A DNA stretch of 52,716 bases, counting the filler, from Candidatus Limnocylindrales bacterium (GTDB lineage: Bacteria; Moduliflexota; Moduliflexia; Moduliflexales; JAUQPW01): the NCBI GenBank assembly GCA_035559535.1. It is 2 parts of 2 records of this genome, joined end to end, with 100 filler letters (N's around TTAATTAATTAA, not from the genome) between each part and the next. Parts side by side here need not be neighbours in the genome. Positions count along the whole stretch, not along the records: positions 20,754 to 52,716 come from DATMBG010000041.1; 1 more part is not named here. One strand, 5' to 3'. A program made the translations under genes and the position numbers. The notes beneath the pieces are model-generated. The model searched no databases, was not told where the DNA came from, and saw nothing but the letters and a program-made list of their open reading frames with translations. Shown piece by piece: positions 29,556 through 40,154 of this stretch; within the stretch, counting starts at the first letter, position 1, and each line of letters opens with the position of its first letter.

Positions 29556-30773
29556 ATGAAACTCTCGATAAAGAATCTGTTCTACATTGGAGTCATTCTC
29601 GCTATTTTGACAGTGATTATTTATGCATTTTTACCTAAACCAGTGGACGTTGATTTAGCGTTTGTTATACGGGGTCCATTGCGCATAACCATTGATGAAG
29701 ATGGGAAAACACGAATCAAGGAGCGTTACGTGGTATCCGCACCCCTTGCGGGGCAATTGCTTCGGGTTGAAATACATGCCGGTGATAGGGTTCAGGCTGG
29801 AAAGACCCTGCTAGCCAGGATTAGACCGAGTCCCGCTGCCTTACTGGATGAGCGGACACGTACCGAAGGTATTGCACGGGTGAAAGCCGCCGAAGCAGCT
29901 CTTAAACAGATTAGCCCCCAGCTTGGACGAGCCCAAGCCGAACTCAAATTGGCCGAGTCCGAAAAGGAGCGAGCTGAGAAGCTTTTTCAAAATGGTGTGA
30001 TCTCCAGGCAGGAACTTGACAGAGCACTCACTCTTTTCCGAACTCGATTGGAAGAATTTAAATCGGCCAAATTCGCCGAGGAGATTGCACGCTTCGAGTT
30101 GGAGCAGGCTCGTGCTGCACTACTTCAACCAACACCTCAAATGGATGGTCAGGATGAAGATAGAATGAGATTTGATATCTATTCGCCCATTGATGGCCGA
30201 CTCTTGCGAGTATTTCAAGAAAGTGCAGCTGTGGTGGCTCCAGGGACGCCACTTATGGAGTTGGGCGATCCCAACGACCTGGAATTGGTAGTAGATGTAC
30301 TTTCTAGCGATGCTGTAAAGATTAGACCAGGAAATAGGGTAATAATAGAACGCTGGGGAGGGGAGTATTCACTTCAAGGTGTGGTTCGACTGGTGGAACC
30401 ATCTGCTTTTACCAAAATTTCTGCTCTGGGAGTAGAAGAACAACGAGTAAATGTCATTATCGATTTTGTGGATTCCCCTGAAAATAGGGCCGCTCTGGGA
30501 GATGGCTATAGGGTTGAAGCCCACATTGTTATCTGGGAAAGGGAAGATGTACTCAAGGTTCCGGTCAGCGCTCTCTTCCGAAATGGACCAGATTGGGCTA
30601 CCTTTCTCGTTGTTGAAGGACGAGCGAAGTTAAAGCCCGTCAAGATCGGACAGTGGGGGAGTCTTGAGGCAGAAGTACTTGATGGGCTTAACCTGAATGA
30701 TCAGGTAATTGTGTATCCCAGTGACAAGATCAAGGATGGAGTTGCTGTGACCCCTCGCAAGGGCTCCACGTAG
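29556..30773 (+). CDS. Periplasmic adaptor (HlyD/MFP) of the ABC exporter
   Basis: TM anchor, EDGKTR...VSAPLAG, SAFTKISALGVEEQRV. Confidence 0.9.
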   Translation: MKLSIKNLFYIGVILAILTVIIYAFLPKPVDVDLAFVIRGPLRITIDEDGKTRIKERYVVSAPLAGQLLRVEIHAGDRVQAGKTLLARIRPSPAALLDERTRTEGIARVKAAEAALKQISPQLGRAQAELKLAESEKERAEKLFQNGVISRQELDRALTLFRTRLEEFKSAKFAEEIARFELEQARAALLQPTPQMDGQDEDRMRFDIYSPIDGRLLRVFQESAAVVAPGTPLMELGDPNDLELVVDVLSSDAVKIRPGNRVIIERWGGEYSLQGVVRLVEPSAFTKISALGVEEQRVNVIIDFVDSPENRAALGDGYRVEAHIVIWEREDVLKVPVSALFRNGPDWATFLVVEGRAKLKPVKIGQWGSLEAEVLDGLNLNDQVIVYPSDKIKDGVAVTPRKGST

Positions 30774-30813
30774 GTTATTCATCCCTTAGTTCAGATAATT
30801 CCCTTCCAACAGA

Positions 30814-31380
30814 TTATTTAAAACGAGAACGTGCCTGCTGATAAGCCTTCTCTAAAGCCTCAACAGCCGCATCAATTTTGGGTTTTATATCCTCCCAAAC
30901 TTCCGTACCAACCGATTTCAGTTCTTCTAGGTACTTCTCGGCAACTTCCTTTTTTTTAAGTAAGTCGTCGACCCTCTTGTTTAGTTCATCCTTCACTTCC
31001 ATCCCTATTTTTTCACTCTTAGCCCTCAGCTCATCTATATGAATACCGAATTCAGCTAATTTAGCTTCTACCATCTTTTGATAATCTTGTTTGTATTTCA
31101 GCATCATAAGATCCCAAGCACCTTTTAATTCCTCCCAAGCTTTCTCCATACCTGCTTTGAGATCTTCCCAGGCTTCACCACTCGCTTTTTTCAGTTCTTT
31201 CAACTTCTTCTGTGCAGTTTCTTGCTTGGGACCTAATGCCTCAATCTTCTCGTTAAGCTCAGCTCTCACTTTCTCCACAACTTTTTCCCCGGTCGCTTTC
31301 AACTCATTGATTTTGGCATTCAATTCATTAAGTTGAGCTTCCATCTTCTTCTGATAAACCTCTTTTTCGTTCGTTTCCAT
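30814..31380 (-). CDS. Coiled-coil stress protein with two tandem 'YQKKMEAQL...AWEDLK' repeats
   Basis: Internal duplication visible in the translation. Confidence 0.7.
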   Translation of the reverse strand: METNEKEVYQKKMEAQLNELNAKINELKATGEKVVEKVRAELNEKIEALGPKQETAQKKLKELKKASGEAWEDLKAGMEKAWEELKGAWDLMMLKYKQDYQKMVEAKLAEFGIHIDELRAKSEKIGMEVKDELNKRVDDLLKKKEVAEKYLEELKSVGTEVWEDIKPKIDAAVEALEKAYQQARSRFK

Positions 31381-31431
31381 AATTTTCCTCCTCTAATTTA
31401 ATTTAAGATAACTAAAACCGTCAGCATTATC

Positions 31432-31881
31432 TTACCCCTTGAGCTTCAGTTTCAAATATTCACCCATCAATATGGCTGCAGGATACAAAACCTCTTCCTC
31501 AGTCCGTGCATGTAATATCAATTTTTCGGCAAAGTGGACATATTCTATCTTATTTTCTTTCTTTGCTGCCTCCATCAGATTCTCCAATGCGCCCACAATC
31601 GCTTTGTGTTCCTCCAGCATCTGAGGAAGTTCCCTTTTCAGTTTATCCGTCATGGTTAGAACGTCCCTCATTTCCGGGGTGACCTTCCCTTCTGCCAGGA
31701 CTATCAATAATCCAAGGGGTGGTAAGGCGTATTCTTCCTCTTTTATAAAATGAGGATGTAATACTCCTGCGACCGCTTTGGCGGCATCCCCAGTCTTTCC
31801 ACCTGCCTTAGTCGCTTTAACAAGGTCTGAGTGAAGCTCCTCATGTTCCTCTTTTAAGGGTTGGGGAATCTTGAATTCCAT
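31432..31881 (-). CDS. Hemerythrin-like (HHE) domain protein
   Basis: EHEELH, HFIKEEE, EHKAI, HARTEEEVLYP. SD GAAAGGAG precedes ATG 31881. Confidence 0.85.
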   Translation of the reverse strand: MEFKIPQPLKEEHEELHSDLVKATKAGGKTGDAAKAVAGVLHPHFIKEEEYALPPLGLLIVLAEGKVTPEMRDVLTMTDKLKRELPQMLEEHKAIVGALENLMEAAKKENKIEYVHFAEKLILHARTEEEVLYPAAILMGEYLKLKLKG

Positions 31882-32097
31882 AATCTGATCTCCTTTCATT
31901 TCATGGGGTTTAAATTTATCCAAGATGTAGATCTGGTTGATACCCTCCGAGCATTAATTCCTTGGTCTTTTATTTACAATAATTGTACCAGACGTTTTTT
32001 TATTTCTCGAACTTTTATCCTATGTAATCAACCTGAGGAATTCGATCATTACCTCCCATTAACAAACCATGATTCTTAAACAGTAAAATCTGTCTTT

Positions 32098-32172
32098 TGT
32101 CCTGATTTCTGACATTATTTGATCTGTTTTTCAGATAAGATGTTTTTAAAAGTATTGTAAGATTTTAAGACA
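32098..32172. promoter_or_regulatory. Pair of candidate enhancer sites (inverted version of the 26160-26232 pair)
   Basis: TGTCCTGATTTCTGACA (32098-32114) and TGTAAGATTTTAAGACA (32156-32172). Confidence 0.55.
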
Positions 32173-32264
32173 AAAAAACATCCAGGGAGATCTTTACTTT
32201 TATTTTATTTAATCTATAATAATTTTTACTACGATACTTTGCGCCATTTCTAGGTATTGAAATC

Positions 32265-32279
32265 TGGCATATCCATTGC
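32265..32279 (+). promoter_or_regulatory. Sigma54 promoter of the usp-antiporter-nrfHA unit
   Basis: TGGCAT-ATCCA-TTGC. Confidence 0.8.
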
Positions 32280-32525
32280 GATAGCTTCTTAGAAAATGAG
32301 GAAGTGAAATCTTCTTTGATGGTCATGACAAAAGTTACCCGGTCGAAAGATTAGACCTCAACCCGCTCACGTGGAGGATCTTAAATCTAATAAAAACTCC
32401 GGGGAATGTTTATTAAAACGAGAGTCTAGGGCGAAGACCTCTCATCCCGATAAAACAGAAAGTAGAAGACAGGGGACAACTTATCACCTAACACCTGCTG
32501 TCTTCTAAGTCTAAGGAGTATAGCT

Positions 32526-33461
32526 ATGTATCGATCTATCCTGGTACCCCTCGATGGTTCTACCTTTGCAGAACATGCTTTGCCCATAGCCCGCAGTATT
32601 GCACACCGGGCGGGTGCAACCCTTCACCTGGTCTCTGTACACATGCCCGTGGCAATAGGATATGTGGACGACCTGGCAACTTTAGATGACAGGTTAGAGG
32701 CTGAGAACAAAGCGCATGAGCGGGCGTATCTCGATGAAGTAATCAAACGTCTGGCAATGGATCCCAAGGTCCCTGTTACTTCTACGCTGGTTGAAGGGTG
32801 GGTTGGGCGGGTGGCCGAAGTACTGCGGGATTATGTGATGGCTAAAAACATAGATCTGGTGGTAATGACCACCCATGGACGTGGCGCATTGAGTCGGTTC
32901 TGGCTGGGCAGCGTTGCCGATGAGTTGGTACGACAAGCACCGGTCCCCATCCTGTTGGTACGACCCAGGGAAGGGGAAGAAACTCCAGATATTTCCCGGG
33001 ATCAAATCTTCCAGCATATCCTGATTCCCCTGGACGGATCTACGCTGTCTGAAAAAATACTGGAGCCTGCCATAACTCTGGGTAGATTAACGCAGGCCGA
33101 TTACACATTGTTACGGGTTATAGAGTTGATGTTACCGGCTAACTTCTCACCCGAATATTCGGTTGGGGTTGATCAGCAGTTGTTAGAGCTCCTCCAGGTT
33201 GATGCCCGGCATTATCTGGAGGAAGTAGCTGAACGATTACGTGGGCGAATGCTTCAAGTCCAGACCAAGATAGTTTTCAACTATCAACCGGCTCTCGCTA
33301 TCCTTGAAGAAGCCGAGAAGCAGGGGAGTGATCTGATTGCCATGGAGACCCATGGGCATGGAGGTTTAACCCGATTGTTGGTAGGGAGTGTTGCCGACAA
33401 GGTGTTGCGGAGTGCTCCCGTGCCGGTGTTGTTGCATCGTCCGCGTGATAAATCTTCGTAA
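32526..33461 (+). CDS. Tandem universal stress protein
   Basis: Two ILVPLDGS...THG.G...GSVAD.. domains. Confidence 0.95.
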   Translation: MYRSILVPLDGSTFAEHALPIARSIAHRAGATLHLVSVHMPVAIGYVDDLATLDDRLEAENKAHERAYLDEVIKRLAMDPKVPVTSTLVEGWVGRVAEVLRDYVMAKNIDLVVMTTHGRGALSRFWLGSVADELVRQAPVPILLVRPREGEETPDISRDQIFQHILIPLDGSTLSEKILEPAITLGRLTQADYTLLRVIELMLPANFSPEYSVGVDQQLLELLQVDARHYLEEVAERLRGRMLQVQTKIVFNYQPALAILEEAEKQGSDLIAMETHGHGGLTRLLVGSVADKVLRSAPVPVLLHRPRDKSS

Positions 33462-33524
33462 TTGGGCTGAGGAAGTAAAGAACTGAGAAAGTCGGTTAAA
33501 CCTAAATCTAAGGAAGAATAATCC

Positions 33525-34526
33525 ATGGTTCTGGGGTTCCAATTTATAGTTTGTACTGCTCTCATATTCTTCTCCGGGGTGAAGCTTTCAAAGTACGGGG
33601 ATATTATTGCCGAAAAAACAGGCTTGGGAAGGACCTGGATTGGGGTGATGTTGTTGGCCTCTGTCACTTCTTTACCCGAACTCATTACAGGAATAAGCTC
33701 GGCTGCTATTTTTGGTCTTCCAGATATTGCAGCAGGAGATGTTCTAGGTAGTTGTCTGTTTAATATTCTCATTATTCCCATCCTTGACGGTCTAGGGGGC
33801 TCTCTACCCATCTCTACAAGGGCACACCACGGACACATACTTTCGGCAGGTTTTGGAATACTTTTGCTCGGGCTTGGAGGTATCAGTATTTTTGCCGGTG
33901 TAAGAGTTCCTTCCGTAGGTTGGATGGGCCTATATAGTTTGCTTTTTATTACCATTTATCTGCTGGCCATGAGGATGATTTTCCTGCATGAAAAAAGGCA
34001 TATAGCTAAATTGGTCAAAGAGATGGCCGAAGAATTACAACATCAACACATCTCTAAATCAAGGGCTTATACTCTGTTTACATTAAATGCCTTGACAATA
34101 GTAGGAGCGGCTACCTACCTGCCTCATCTGGGAGAGAGGATTGCTGAAATTACCGGTCTTGGTCAAACTTTTGTGGGGAGTATCCTTATAGCTGTATCCA
34201 CTTCACTTCCTGAAGTGGTTGTTTCTCTGGCTGCCGTCAAAATCGGAGCCATAGATCTGGCGTTTGGGAACATTTTCGGAAGCAACCTCTTTAACCTTGG
34301 TGTTATACTGGCAATTGACGATATTCTTTATGCAAAGGGACCACTTCTTTCAAGTATATCAGGAAACCACATTTCTACCGCAATTTCTGCCATGACCATG
34401 ACGGCTATTGTAATTATTGGTTTGACTTATAAAACCACTAAGAAGCCTCTTTTTCTTGCTTGGGATTCCCGGGGTATTTTAGGAGTTTATGTTATAAACA
34501 CTTTTATTTTATATGCCGTGAGATAA
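33525..34526 (+). CDS. Sodium:calcium antiporter (CaCA family)
   Basis: Two TSLPE alpha-repeats, GSCLFN and GSNLFN. Confidence 0.9.
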   Translation: MVLGFQFIVCTALIFFSGVKLSKYGDIIAEKTGLGRTWIGVMLLASVTSLPELITGISSAAIFGLPDIAAGDVLGSCLFNILIIPILDGLGGSLPISTRAHHGHILSAGFGILLLGLGGISIFAGVRVPSVGWMGLYSLLFITIYLLAMRMIFLHEKRHIAKLVKEMAEELQHQHISKSRAYTLFTLNALTIVGAATYLPHLGERIAEITGLGQTFVGSILIAVSTSLPEVVVSLAAVKIGAIDLAFGNIFGSNLFNLGVILAIDDILYAKGPLLSSISGNHISTAISAMTMTAIVIIGLTYKTTKKPLFLAWDSRGILGVYVINTFILYAVR

Positions 34527-34630
34527 AAAACTAAAACAGCGGGAATTTACTACGAATCGACTGCTTTATCTTCTTGGTCCCGTTAAATTCACAGAAGATA
34601 AGGGATCTATTACGGTATATAGGCTCCGGT

Positions 34631-35095
34631 ATGGGAAAATTCCTGAAAGGACCTACTCTGGAAGGAATCATTCTTGGGATGGCGATTGGCCTTATTACCG
34701 GGGTTGGGGGTTATACCTTCCTCTATGCGAAGGGGACTTCCTATCTGACCAATAACCCTGAGGCCTGTGCAAACTGTCATATTATGCGTGAGCATTATAA
34801 TGGATGGATTAAATCAAGCCATCGGATTGTAGCGGTTTGCAATGACTGTCATACTCCTTCTGGTTTCTTTGAGAAGTATGCCACCAAGGCTTCCAATGGA
34901 TTCTGGCACTCCCTGGCTTTTACGACCGGACGATTTCCAGAACCTCTACAGATCAAGTCCCATAACCTGGAGATTACCGAGAATGCTTGCAGGAAATGTC
35001 ATCAAGACATTGTAGAAGCCATGGAAGGACCTTATCCGGGAAACATCAGGCTATCCTGTGTACGTTGCCATAATTCGGTAGGACACCTGGAATGA
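34631..35095 (+). CDS. nrfH: Cytochrome c nitrite reductase small subunit (tetraheme)
   Basis: TM anchor; CANCH(IM), CNDCH, CRKCH, CVRCH; VGH terminus. Confidence 0.92.
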   Translation: MGKFLKGPTLEGIILGMAIGLITGVGGYTFLYAKGTSYLTNNPEACANCHIMREHYNGWIKSSHRIVAVCNDCHTPSGFFEKYATKASNGFWHSLAFTTGRFPEPLQIKSHNLEITENACRKCHQDIVEAMEGPYPGNIRLSCVRCHNSVGHLE

Positions 35096-35132
35096 AAGGT
35101 CTGGAGTGGTAGAGATTTTTTGAGGTAAAAAA

Positions 35133-36542
35133 ATGGCCCAGATTCCCGACAATGCTCCTTTACCTGACAACCCTCGACGTAGTTATCGTGTTTTGTTGAT
35201 TCTAATCACGGTGCTTGTAGCAGCTTTAGTTGCCGCAGGAGGGGTTGCGTTATTGGTTAATATCCTGGAGCGTAAACAGGAAGCAAAGAATCCGTTTTAT
35301 CGGGTGGTTGAACTTACCGATGAGACGGAAGATCCTGCCCTTTGGGGTAAAAACTTCCCCATGCAATATGATGGTTACCTTCGCACGGTAGATCAGGTCC
35401 GCACAAGATTTGGTGGAAGTGAAGCCCTACCCCGAACCCCTACCGACGTGGATCCTCGTTCAGTGGTTGCGCAATCCCGATTAGAAGAAGACCCTCGCTT
35501 AAAGATAATGTGGGCTGGATACGCCTTTTCCAGGGATTTTCGGGAGGATCGGGGTCATGCTTACATGCTTGAGGACCAGACTTACACCGAACGTCAACGG
35601 GTGGCTTCGCAACCCGGAACTTGCCTTCACTGTCATGCGTCGGTTTACGTACCCTATAAGAGGCTTGGAGATGGCGACCTTATCAAAGGTTTTGAGAAGA
35701 TGAATCAGATGCCTTATCATGAAGCCAGGAAGCTGGTGAGGCATCCAGTTGCTTGTATCGATTGTCACGCACCTGATACCCTGCAACTTCGGGTGACGCG
35801 ACCGGGGTTTATTGAAGGAATTCGTCTCCTCAAGGCATCTCAGGGTATTAAGGATTATGATGTAAACACCATGGCAACACGCCAGGAGATGCGTACCTTT
35901 GTTTGTGGTCAATGCCATGTCGAGTACTACTTCAAGGGGCCGGAGAAGCGTCTGGTTTATCCGTGGGCCAGGGGGCTGAAGGTAGAGGAAATTCTGGCCT
36001 ATTATGATGACGAAAAAGTTAAGGATTGGATTCACGCCGATACAGGCGCAGAGGTGCTCAAAGCGCAACACCCGGAGTTCGAGATGTGGAATCAGGGTAT
36101 CCATGCACGTTCAGGAGTAGCCTGCGCTGACTGCCACATGCCTTACAAACGGGAAGGTGCCTTGAAGATCAGTGACCACCATGTACGCAGTCCGCTTCTG
36201 AACATCCCTCGGGCCTGTCAGACCTGTCACAAATGGCCCGAAGCTGAACTCAAAGCACGGGTGGAAACTATTCAGGAGCGAACCTTCCAGATGCGTAACC
36301 TGGCCATGGATGCGTTGGTTGACCTGATCGGTGATATAAAAACGGCTCGCATGTCGGGCAAGAGCGATGCGGAATTGGGAGTTGCTCGAGATTTTCAACG
36401 CAAAGCCCAGTTTCTACTTGACTTTGTAGAAGCAGAAAACTCAACGGGCTTCCATGCCCCTCAAGAGGCAGTGCGGATTTTAGGCAAATCGATTAACTTC
36501 TCTCGGCAAGGACAGATCGCACTCCGGGATATGGGTCATTAA
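35133..36542 (+). CDS. nrfA: Ammonia-forming cytochrome c nitrite reductase (pentaheme), CxxCH active-site variant
   Basis: WAGYAFS..RGH, CLHCH, CIDCH, CGQCHVEYYF, KAQHPE, CADCHMP, CQTCH, ENSTGFHAP. Confidence 0.93.
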   Translation: MAQIPDNAPLPDNPRRSYRVLLILITVLVAALVAAGGVALLVNILERKQEAKNPFYRVVELTDETEDPALWGKNFPMQYDGYLRTVDQVRTRFGGSEALPRTPTDVDPRSVVAQSRLEEDPRLKIMWAGYAFSRDFREDRGHAYMLEDQTYTERQRVASQPGTCLHCHASVYVPYKRLGDGDLIKGFEKMNQMPYHEARKLVRHPVACIDCHAPDTLQLRVTRPGFIEGIRLLKASQGIKDYDVNTMATRQEMRTFVCGQCHVEYYFKGPEKRLVYPWARGLKVEEILAYYDDEKVKDWIHADTGAEVLKAQHPEFEMWNQGIHARSGVACADCHMPYKREGALKISDHHVRSPLLNIPRACQTCHKWPEAELKARVETIQERTFQMRNLAMDALVDLIGDIKTARMSGKSDAELGVARDFQRKAQFLLDFVEAENSTGFHAPQEAVRILGKSINFSRQGQIALRDMGH

Positions 36543-36584
36543 ATGGAACTGTAACAATTTAGTAGCTGTCACTTTTTCTGTCTG

Positions 36585-36672
36585 AACACCCCCCATCCCT
36601 CCTTCAGGGGGGGACTGACGTGGGATTGCTGCTGCTGAAGTCCCCCCTGGAGGGGGGATGGGGGGGGGTGTT
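36585..36672. repeat. Long GC-rich palindromic repeat downstream of nrfA (possible terminator)
   Basis: aacaccccccatccctccttcaggggggga ... tcccccctggaggggggatggggggggggtgtt. Confidence 0.6.
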
Positions 36673-36826
36673 TCTTTTCCCCCTACTAAACGGTCATGAC
36701 CTTTTAGGACCTTACGAAGCATGAAAATCGTAAGACGATTTTTGTAAGAAATTGATACGGATACCGTTAAATAAACATAATATTAATTGCTAAATAAACC
36801 TAATATGATTATTATGTCAATTAAAC

Positions 36827-37927
36827 ATGCAAATCATAGATCGAAATTCATTGGGTATTCTTTTTGATACGCTGAAGCGTCGAGGCTTTAACCTCATTGG
36901 GCCTACGATTCGTGATGGAGCCATTGTGTATGACGGGTTAACTTCTACTGCTGATTTGCCTATTGGATGGACAGACGAACAAAATGGAGGGACTTATCGT
37001 CTCAAGAAGCGTGCTGATGAAGCCGTCTTTGGTTATACCGTGGGTCCGCACTCGTGGAAAAAGCTGCTGTATCCGTCTGTTCAGCGCCTATGGCGAGCTA
37101 AGCGCGATGGGGAGAGTTTCCAGTTTATTACAGAGGATGAGGAAGTGCCCAAGTTTGCCTTTATTGGTGTTCGCTCCTGTGAGCTGCACGCCATGGCCAT
37201 TCAAGATAAAGTTTTCATAAACGGGAAATATACTGATCCGGTTTACAAAGTGCGACGCGAGAATATCTTTACCGTGGCAGTCAACTGCGGACAAGCCGGT
37301 GGTACATGTTTCTGTGTATCGATGAATACAGGACCGAGAGCAACTTTTGGGTTCGATTTGGCTCTGACCGAAATTCTGGAAGATAATCACCATTGCTTTA
37401 CAGTGGAGGTGGGGACAGAACGGGGTGCGGAAATTCTCCGTGAGGTTCCACATAGAGAAGCGGAGGAGGAAGAAAAGGCTAAGGTTGAGGATATTGTGGC
37501 GAAAACTGCCAGACAGATGGGCAGGACTCTGGATACCACCGATATCAAAGATTTGCTTTATCGTAACTATGAACATCCTCGTTGGGACGAGGTGGCCAGT
37601 CGCTGTCTCACCTGTGGTAATTGTACCCTTGTATGCCCAACCTGTTTTTGTACTACCGTAGAAGATGTTACCGACTTGACGGGAGAACATGCCGAACGCT
37701 GGCGGAAGTGGGATTCCTGTTTTACAATGGATTTCTCTTATATTCACGGTGGTAGCATCCGGTCCTCTTCGAAGGCTCGCTATCGTCAATGGATGACCCA
37801 CAAATTGGCTACGTGGATTGATCAGTTTGGCACTTCAGGTTGCGTCGGATGTGGACGGTGTATTACCTGGTGTCCTGTTGCCATTGACATTACAGAAGAG
37901 GTCCGTGCTATTCGTGGAAGGGAATAG
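36827..37927 (+). CDS. Group 3b (sulf)hydrogenase beta subunit, 4Fe-4S
   Basis: [42 protein letters not shown]. Confidence 0.9.
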   Translation: MQIIDRNSLGILFDTLKRRGFNLIGPTIRDGAIVYDGLTSTADLPIGWTDEQNGGTYRLKKRADEAVFGYTVGPHSWKKLLYPSVQRLWRAKRDGESFQFITEDEEVPKFAFIGVRSCELHAMAIQDKVFINGKYTDPVYKVRRENIFTVAVNCGQAGGTCFCVSMNTGPRATFGFDLALTEILEDNHHCFTVEVGTERGAEILREVPHREAEEEEKAKVEDIVAKTARQMGRTLDTTDIKDLLYRNYEHPRWDEVASRCLTCGNCTLVCPTCFCTTVEDVTDLTGEHAERWRKWDSCFTMDFSYIHGGSIRSSSKARYRQWMTHKLATWIDQFGTSGCVGCGRCITWCPVAIDITEEVRAIRGRE

Positions 37928-37935
37928 AAAGCAAT

Positions 37936-37963
37936 GTAGGGGTGGGAGGCCTCCCACCCGTAC
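37936..37963 (+). repeat. 28-bp GTAG-type REP-like palindrome
   Basis: GTAGGGGTGGGAGGCCTCCCACCCGTAC. Confidence 0.78.
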
Positions 37964-38020
37964 TTGGAGCGTGAGGGATATCCCGCCCCAGGTTTCAGGC
38001 TTCCAACTCCCGGTTATCCC

Positions 38021-38482
38021 ATGCAAACCCTTGAACCCATTTTAGTTGAGCATCCTTTCTTTAAGGGTCTTGAACCTCGTTATCTTCAACTGATTGTTGG
38101 ATGTGCGTCCAATGTGCGCTTTGATTCCGGACAGTTTATCTTCCGCGAAGGAGAAGAGGCCAACCAGTTTTACCTCCTGCGCCAGGGCAAAGTAGCCCTT
38201 GAGGTATTTTCTCCTGAACGAGGAGCCATCACCCTCCAGACTCTTGGAGAAGGTGAAGTCCTTGGTTGGTCCTGGCTCTTTCCACCCTATCGATGGCACT
38301 TCGATGCTCGAGTCCTTGAACCCCTGCGAGCTATTGCCTTCGATGGGGAATGCCTTCGTACCAAGTGTGAAGAGGACCATGACCTGGGTTATGAATTGGT
38401 GAAGCGTGTGGCCCATATTGTTATCCAGCGGCTCCAAGCTACCAGGTTGCAACTTTTGGATATCTATGGCCTTCATTCTTGA
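38021..38482 (+). CDS. Stand-alone cyclic-nucleotide-binding domain protein within the hydrogenase operon
   Basis: [26 protein letters not shown]; no HTH. Confidence 0.88.
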   Translation: MQTLEPILVEHPFFKGLEPRYLQLIVGCASNVRFDSGQFIFREGEEANQFYLLRQGKVALEVFSPERGAITLQTLGEGEVLGWSWLFPPYRWHFDARVLEPLRAIAFDGECLRTKCEEDHDLGYELVKRVAHIVIQRLQATRLQLLDIYGLHS

Positions 38483-38489
38483 AAGATCG

Positions 38490-39365
38490 ATGCCAACGAC
38501 AAACCTTCCTGACCCGATGCTTCCCGATCTTTATCGCGTTCAACGGGTACGGCAAGAAACCCATGATACCTTCACGCTTGAACTTGAGCCAATGAGCAGT
38601 GAACAACAGGTAGCAGCGAAGGGGGTTTCATTTGTTGCCGGACAGTTCAATATGCTATATATATTTGGTGTAGGTGAGGTACCGATTTCTATTAGCGGTA
38701 ATCCTACTCCACGTAAGGTGGGAGTCTCTCCACCCCGATTTGTACATACAACCCGTGCGGTCGGAACAGTGACGAAAGCTATGGGTAAACTAAAGCGGGG
38801 GGACGTACTGGGAGTGCGGGGTCCCTTCGGGAGTCACTGGCCCATGGAAGAAACGGTAGGGAAGGATATCGTTATGGTGGCAGGAGGTATTGGATTGGCC
38901 CCCCTACGTCCGGCCTTATATCAATTCCTTTCTCAACGGGAAAACTATAAGAGGATCATCCTGCTTTATGGTACTCGCAGCCCTGCAGACATTCTTTACC
39001 GGCGTGAACTCGAACAATGGCGAGCACGTTTCGATCTTGAGGTCCAGGTTACAGTGGATCAGGCTAGGGGTGCCTGGCACGGTAACGTAGGTGTGGTTAC
39101 AACACTCATTCCAAGGATATCCTTTGACCCGTTAAGAACCATAGCACTGATTTGTGGACCCGAGATTATGATGCGTTTCACGATTTTAGAACTTCAGAAG
39201 CATGGGGTAGGAAAGGAAAATATTTTTATCTCTATGGAACGTAATATGAAGTGTGCTATTGGCTTTTGCGGGCATTGCCAGTTCGGACCTACTTTCATCT
39301 GTAAGGATGGTCCAGTGTTTCGCTATGACCGCATCCAAGAATGGTTTGGAAAACGGGAAATTTAA
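38490..39365 (+). CDS. Group 3b hydrogenase gamma subunit (FAD/NAD(P)-binding, 2Fe-2S)
   Basis: [46 protein letters not shown]. Confidence 0.9.
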   Translation: MPTTNLPDPMLPDLYRVQRVRQETHDTFTLELEPMSSEQQVAAKGVSFVAGQFNMLYIFGVGEVPISISGNPTPRKVGVSPPRFVHTTRAVGTVTKAMGKLKRGDVLGVRGPFGSHWPMEETVGKDIVMVAGGIGLAPLRPALYQFLSQRENYKRIILLYGTRSPADILYRRELEQWRARFDLEVQVTVDQARGAWHGNVGVVTTLIPRISFDPLRTIALICGPEIMMRFTILELQKHGVGKENIFISMERNMKCAIGFCGHCQFGPTFICKDGPVFRYDRIQEWFGKREI

Positions 39366-39374
39366 ACCGCCTCT

Positions 39375-40154
39375 ATGACCCGAAAACGTAAACCAAAACT
39401 TGCTGTCTGGAAGTTCGCCTCCTGTGATGGTTGTCAGTTGAGCCTCCTCGATTGTGAGGATGAGCTGCTCACGGTGGCCGATGAGGTTGAGATTGCATAC
39501 TTTCTTGAAGCGTCGCGGGCTGTGGTAAAAGGTCCTTATGATCTTTCCCTTGTCGAAGGCTCCATCACAACTCCCCTGGATATCCGACGAATTCAACAGG
39601 TACGTCAGGCCTCAAAGTTTTTAGTTACAATCGGTGCATGTGCCACGGCTGGAGGCATTCAAGCCCTGCGTAATTTTAAGGATATCAACGAGTTTATCTC
39701 TGTGGTATATGCCAGACCGGAATATATCGAAACACTTGACAAATCGACCCCCATTGCCAACCATGTTTTCGTTGACTTTGAGCTGCGTGGTTGCCCCATT
39801 AATAAAAAACAACTCGTTGAGGTTATCAGTGCCTTCTTGCAGGAACGTAAGCCAAATACCCCAGCGCATAGCGTTTGCATAGAGTGTAAACTTCGTGGAA
39901 CTGTTTGCGTGATGGTTGCCCATGGCACACCCTGCCTTGGTCCCATAACCCATACAGGTTGTGGTGCAATCTGTCCCGCCTACTACCGTGGCTGCTACGG
40001 ATGCTTCGGGCCTATGGAGACACCAAATACAGCTTCATTAAGCGCCTGGTGGAGTCGTCTGGGAGCAAAGGAACAAGATATTCTACGAGTCTTCCGTGGA
40101 TTCAATGCTTACGCAGAAGCGTTCCGGAAGGAGAGTGAGGTTCATGAAAAGTAG
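39375..40154 (+). CDS. Group 3b hydrogenase delta (small) subunit
   Basis: [29 protein letters not shown]...CYGCFG. Confidence 0.92.
   Translation: MTRKRKPKLAVWKFASCDGCQLSLLDCEDELLTVADEVEIAYFLEASRAVVKGPYDLSLVEGSITTPLDIRRIQQVRQASKFLVTIGACATAGGIQALRNFKDINEFISVVYARPEYIETLDKSTPIANHVFVDFELRGCPINKKQLVEVISAFLQERKPNTPAHSVCIECKLRGTVCVMVAHGTPCLGPITHTGCGAICPAYYRGCYGCFGPMETPNTASLSAWWSRLGAKEQDILRVFRGFNAYAEAFRKESEVHEK

Noticed and set aside
36827-39365. Anaerobic sulfite reductase AsrAB
   Set aside because: These subunits are homologous, but there is no AsrC, and the adjacent NiFe small and large subunits plus protease identify a group 3b hydrogenase.
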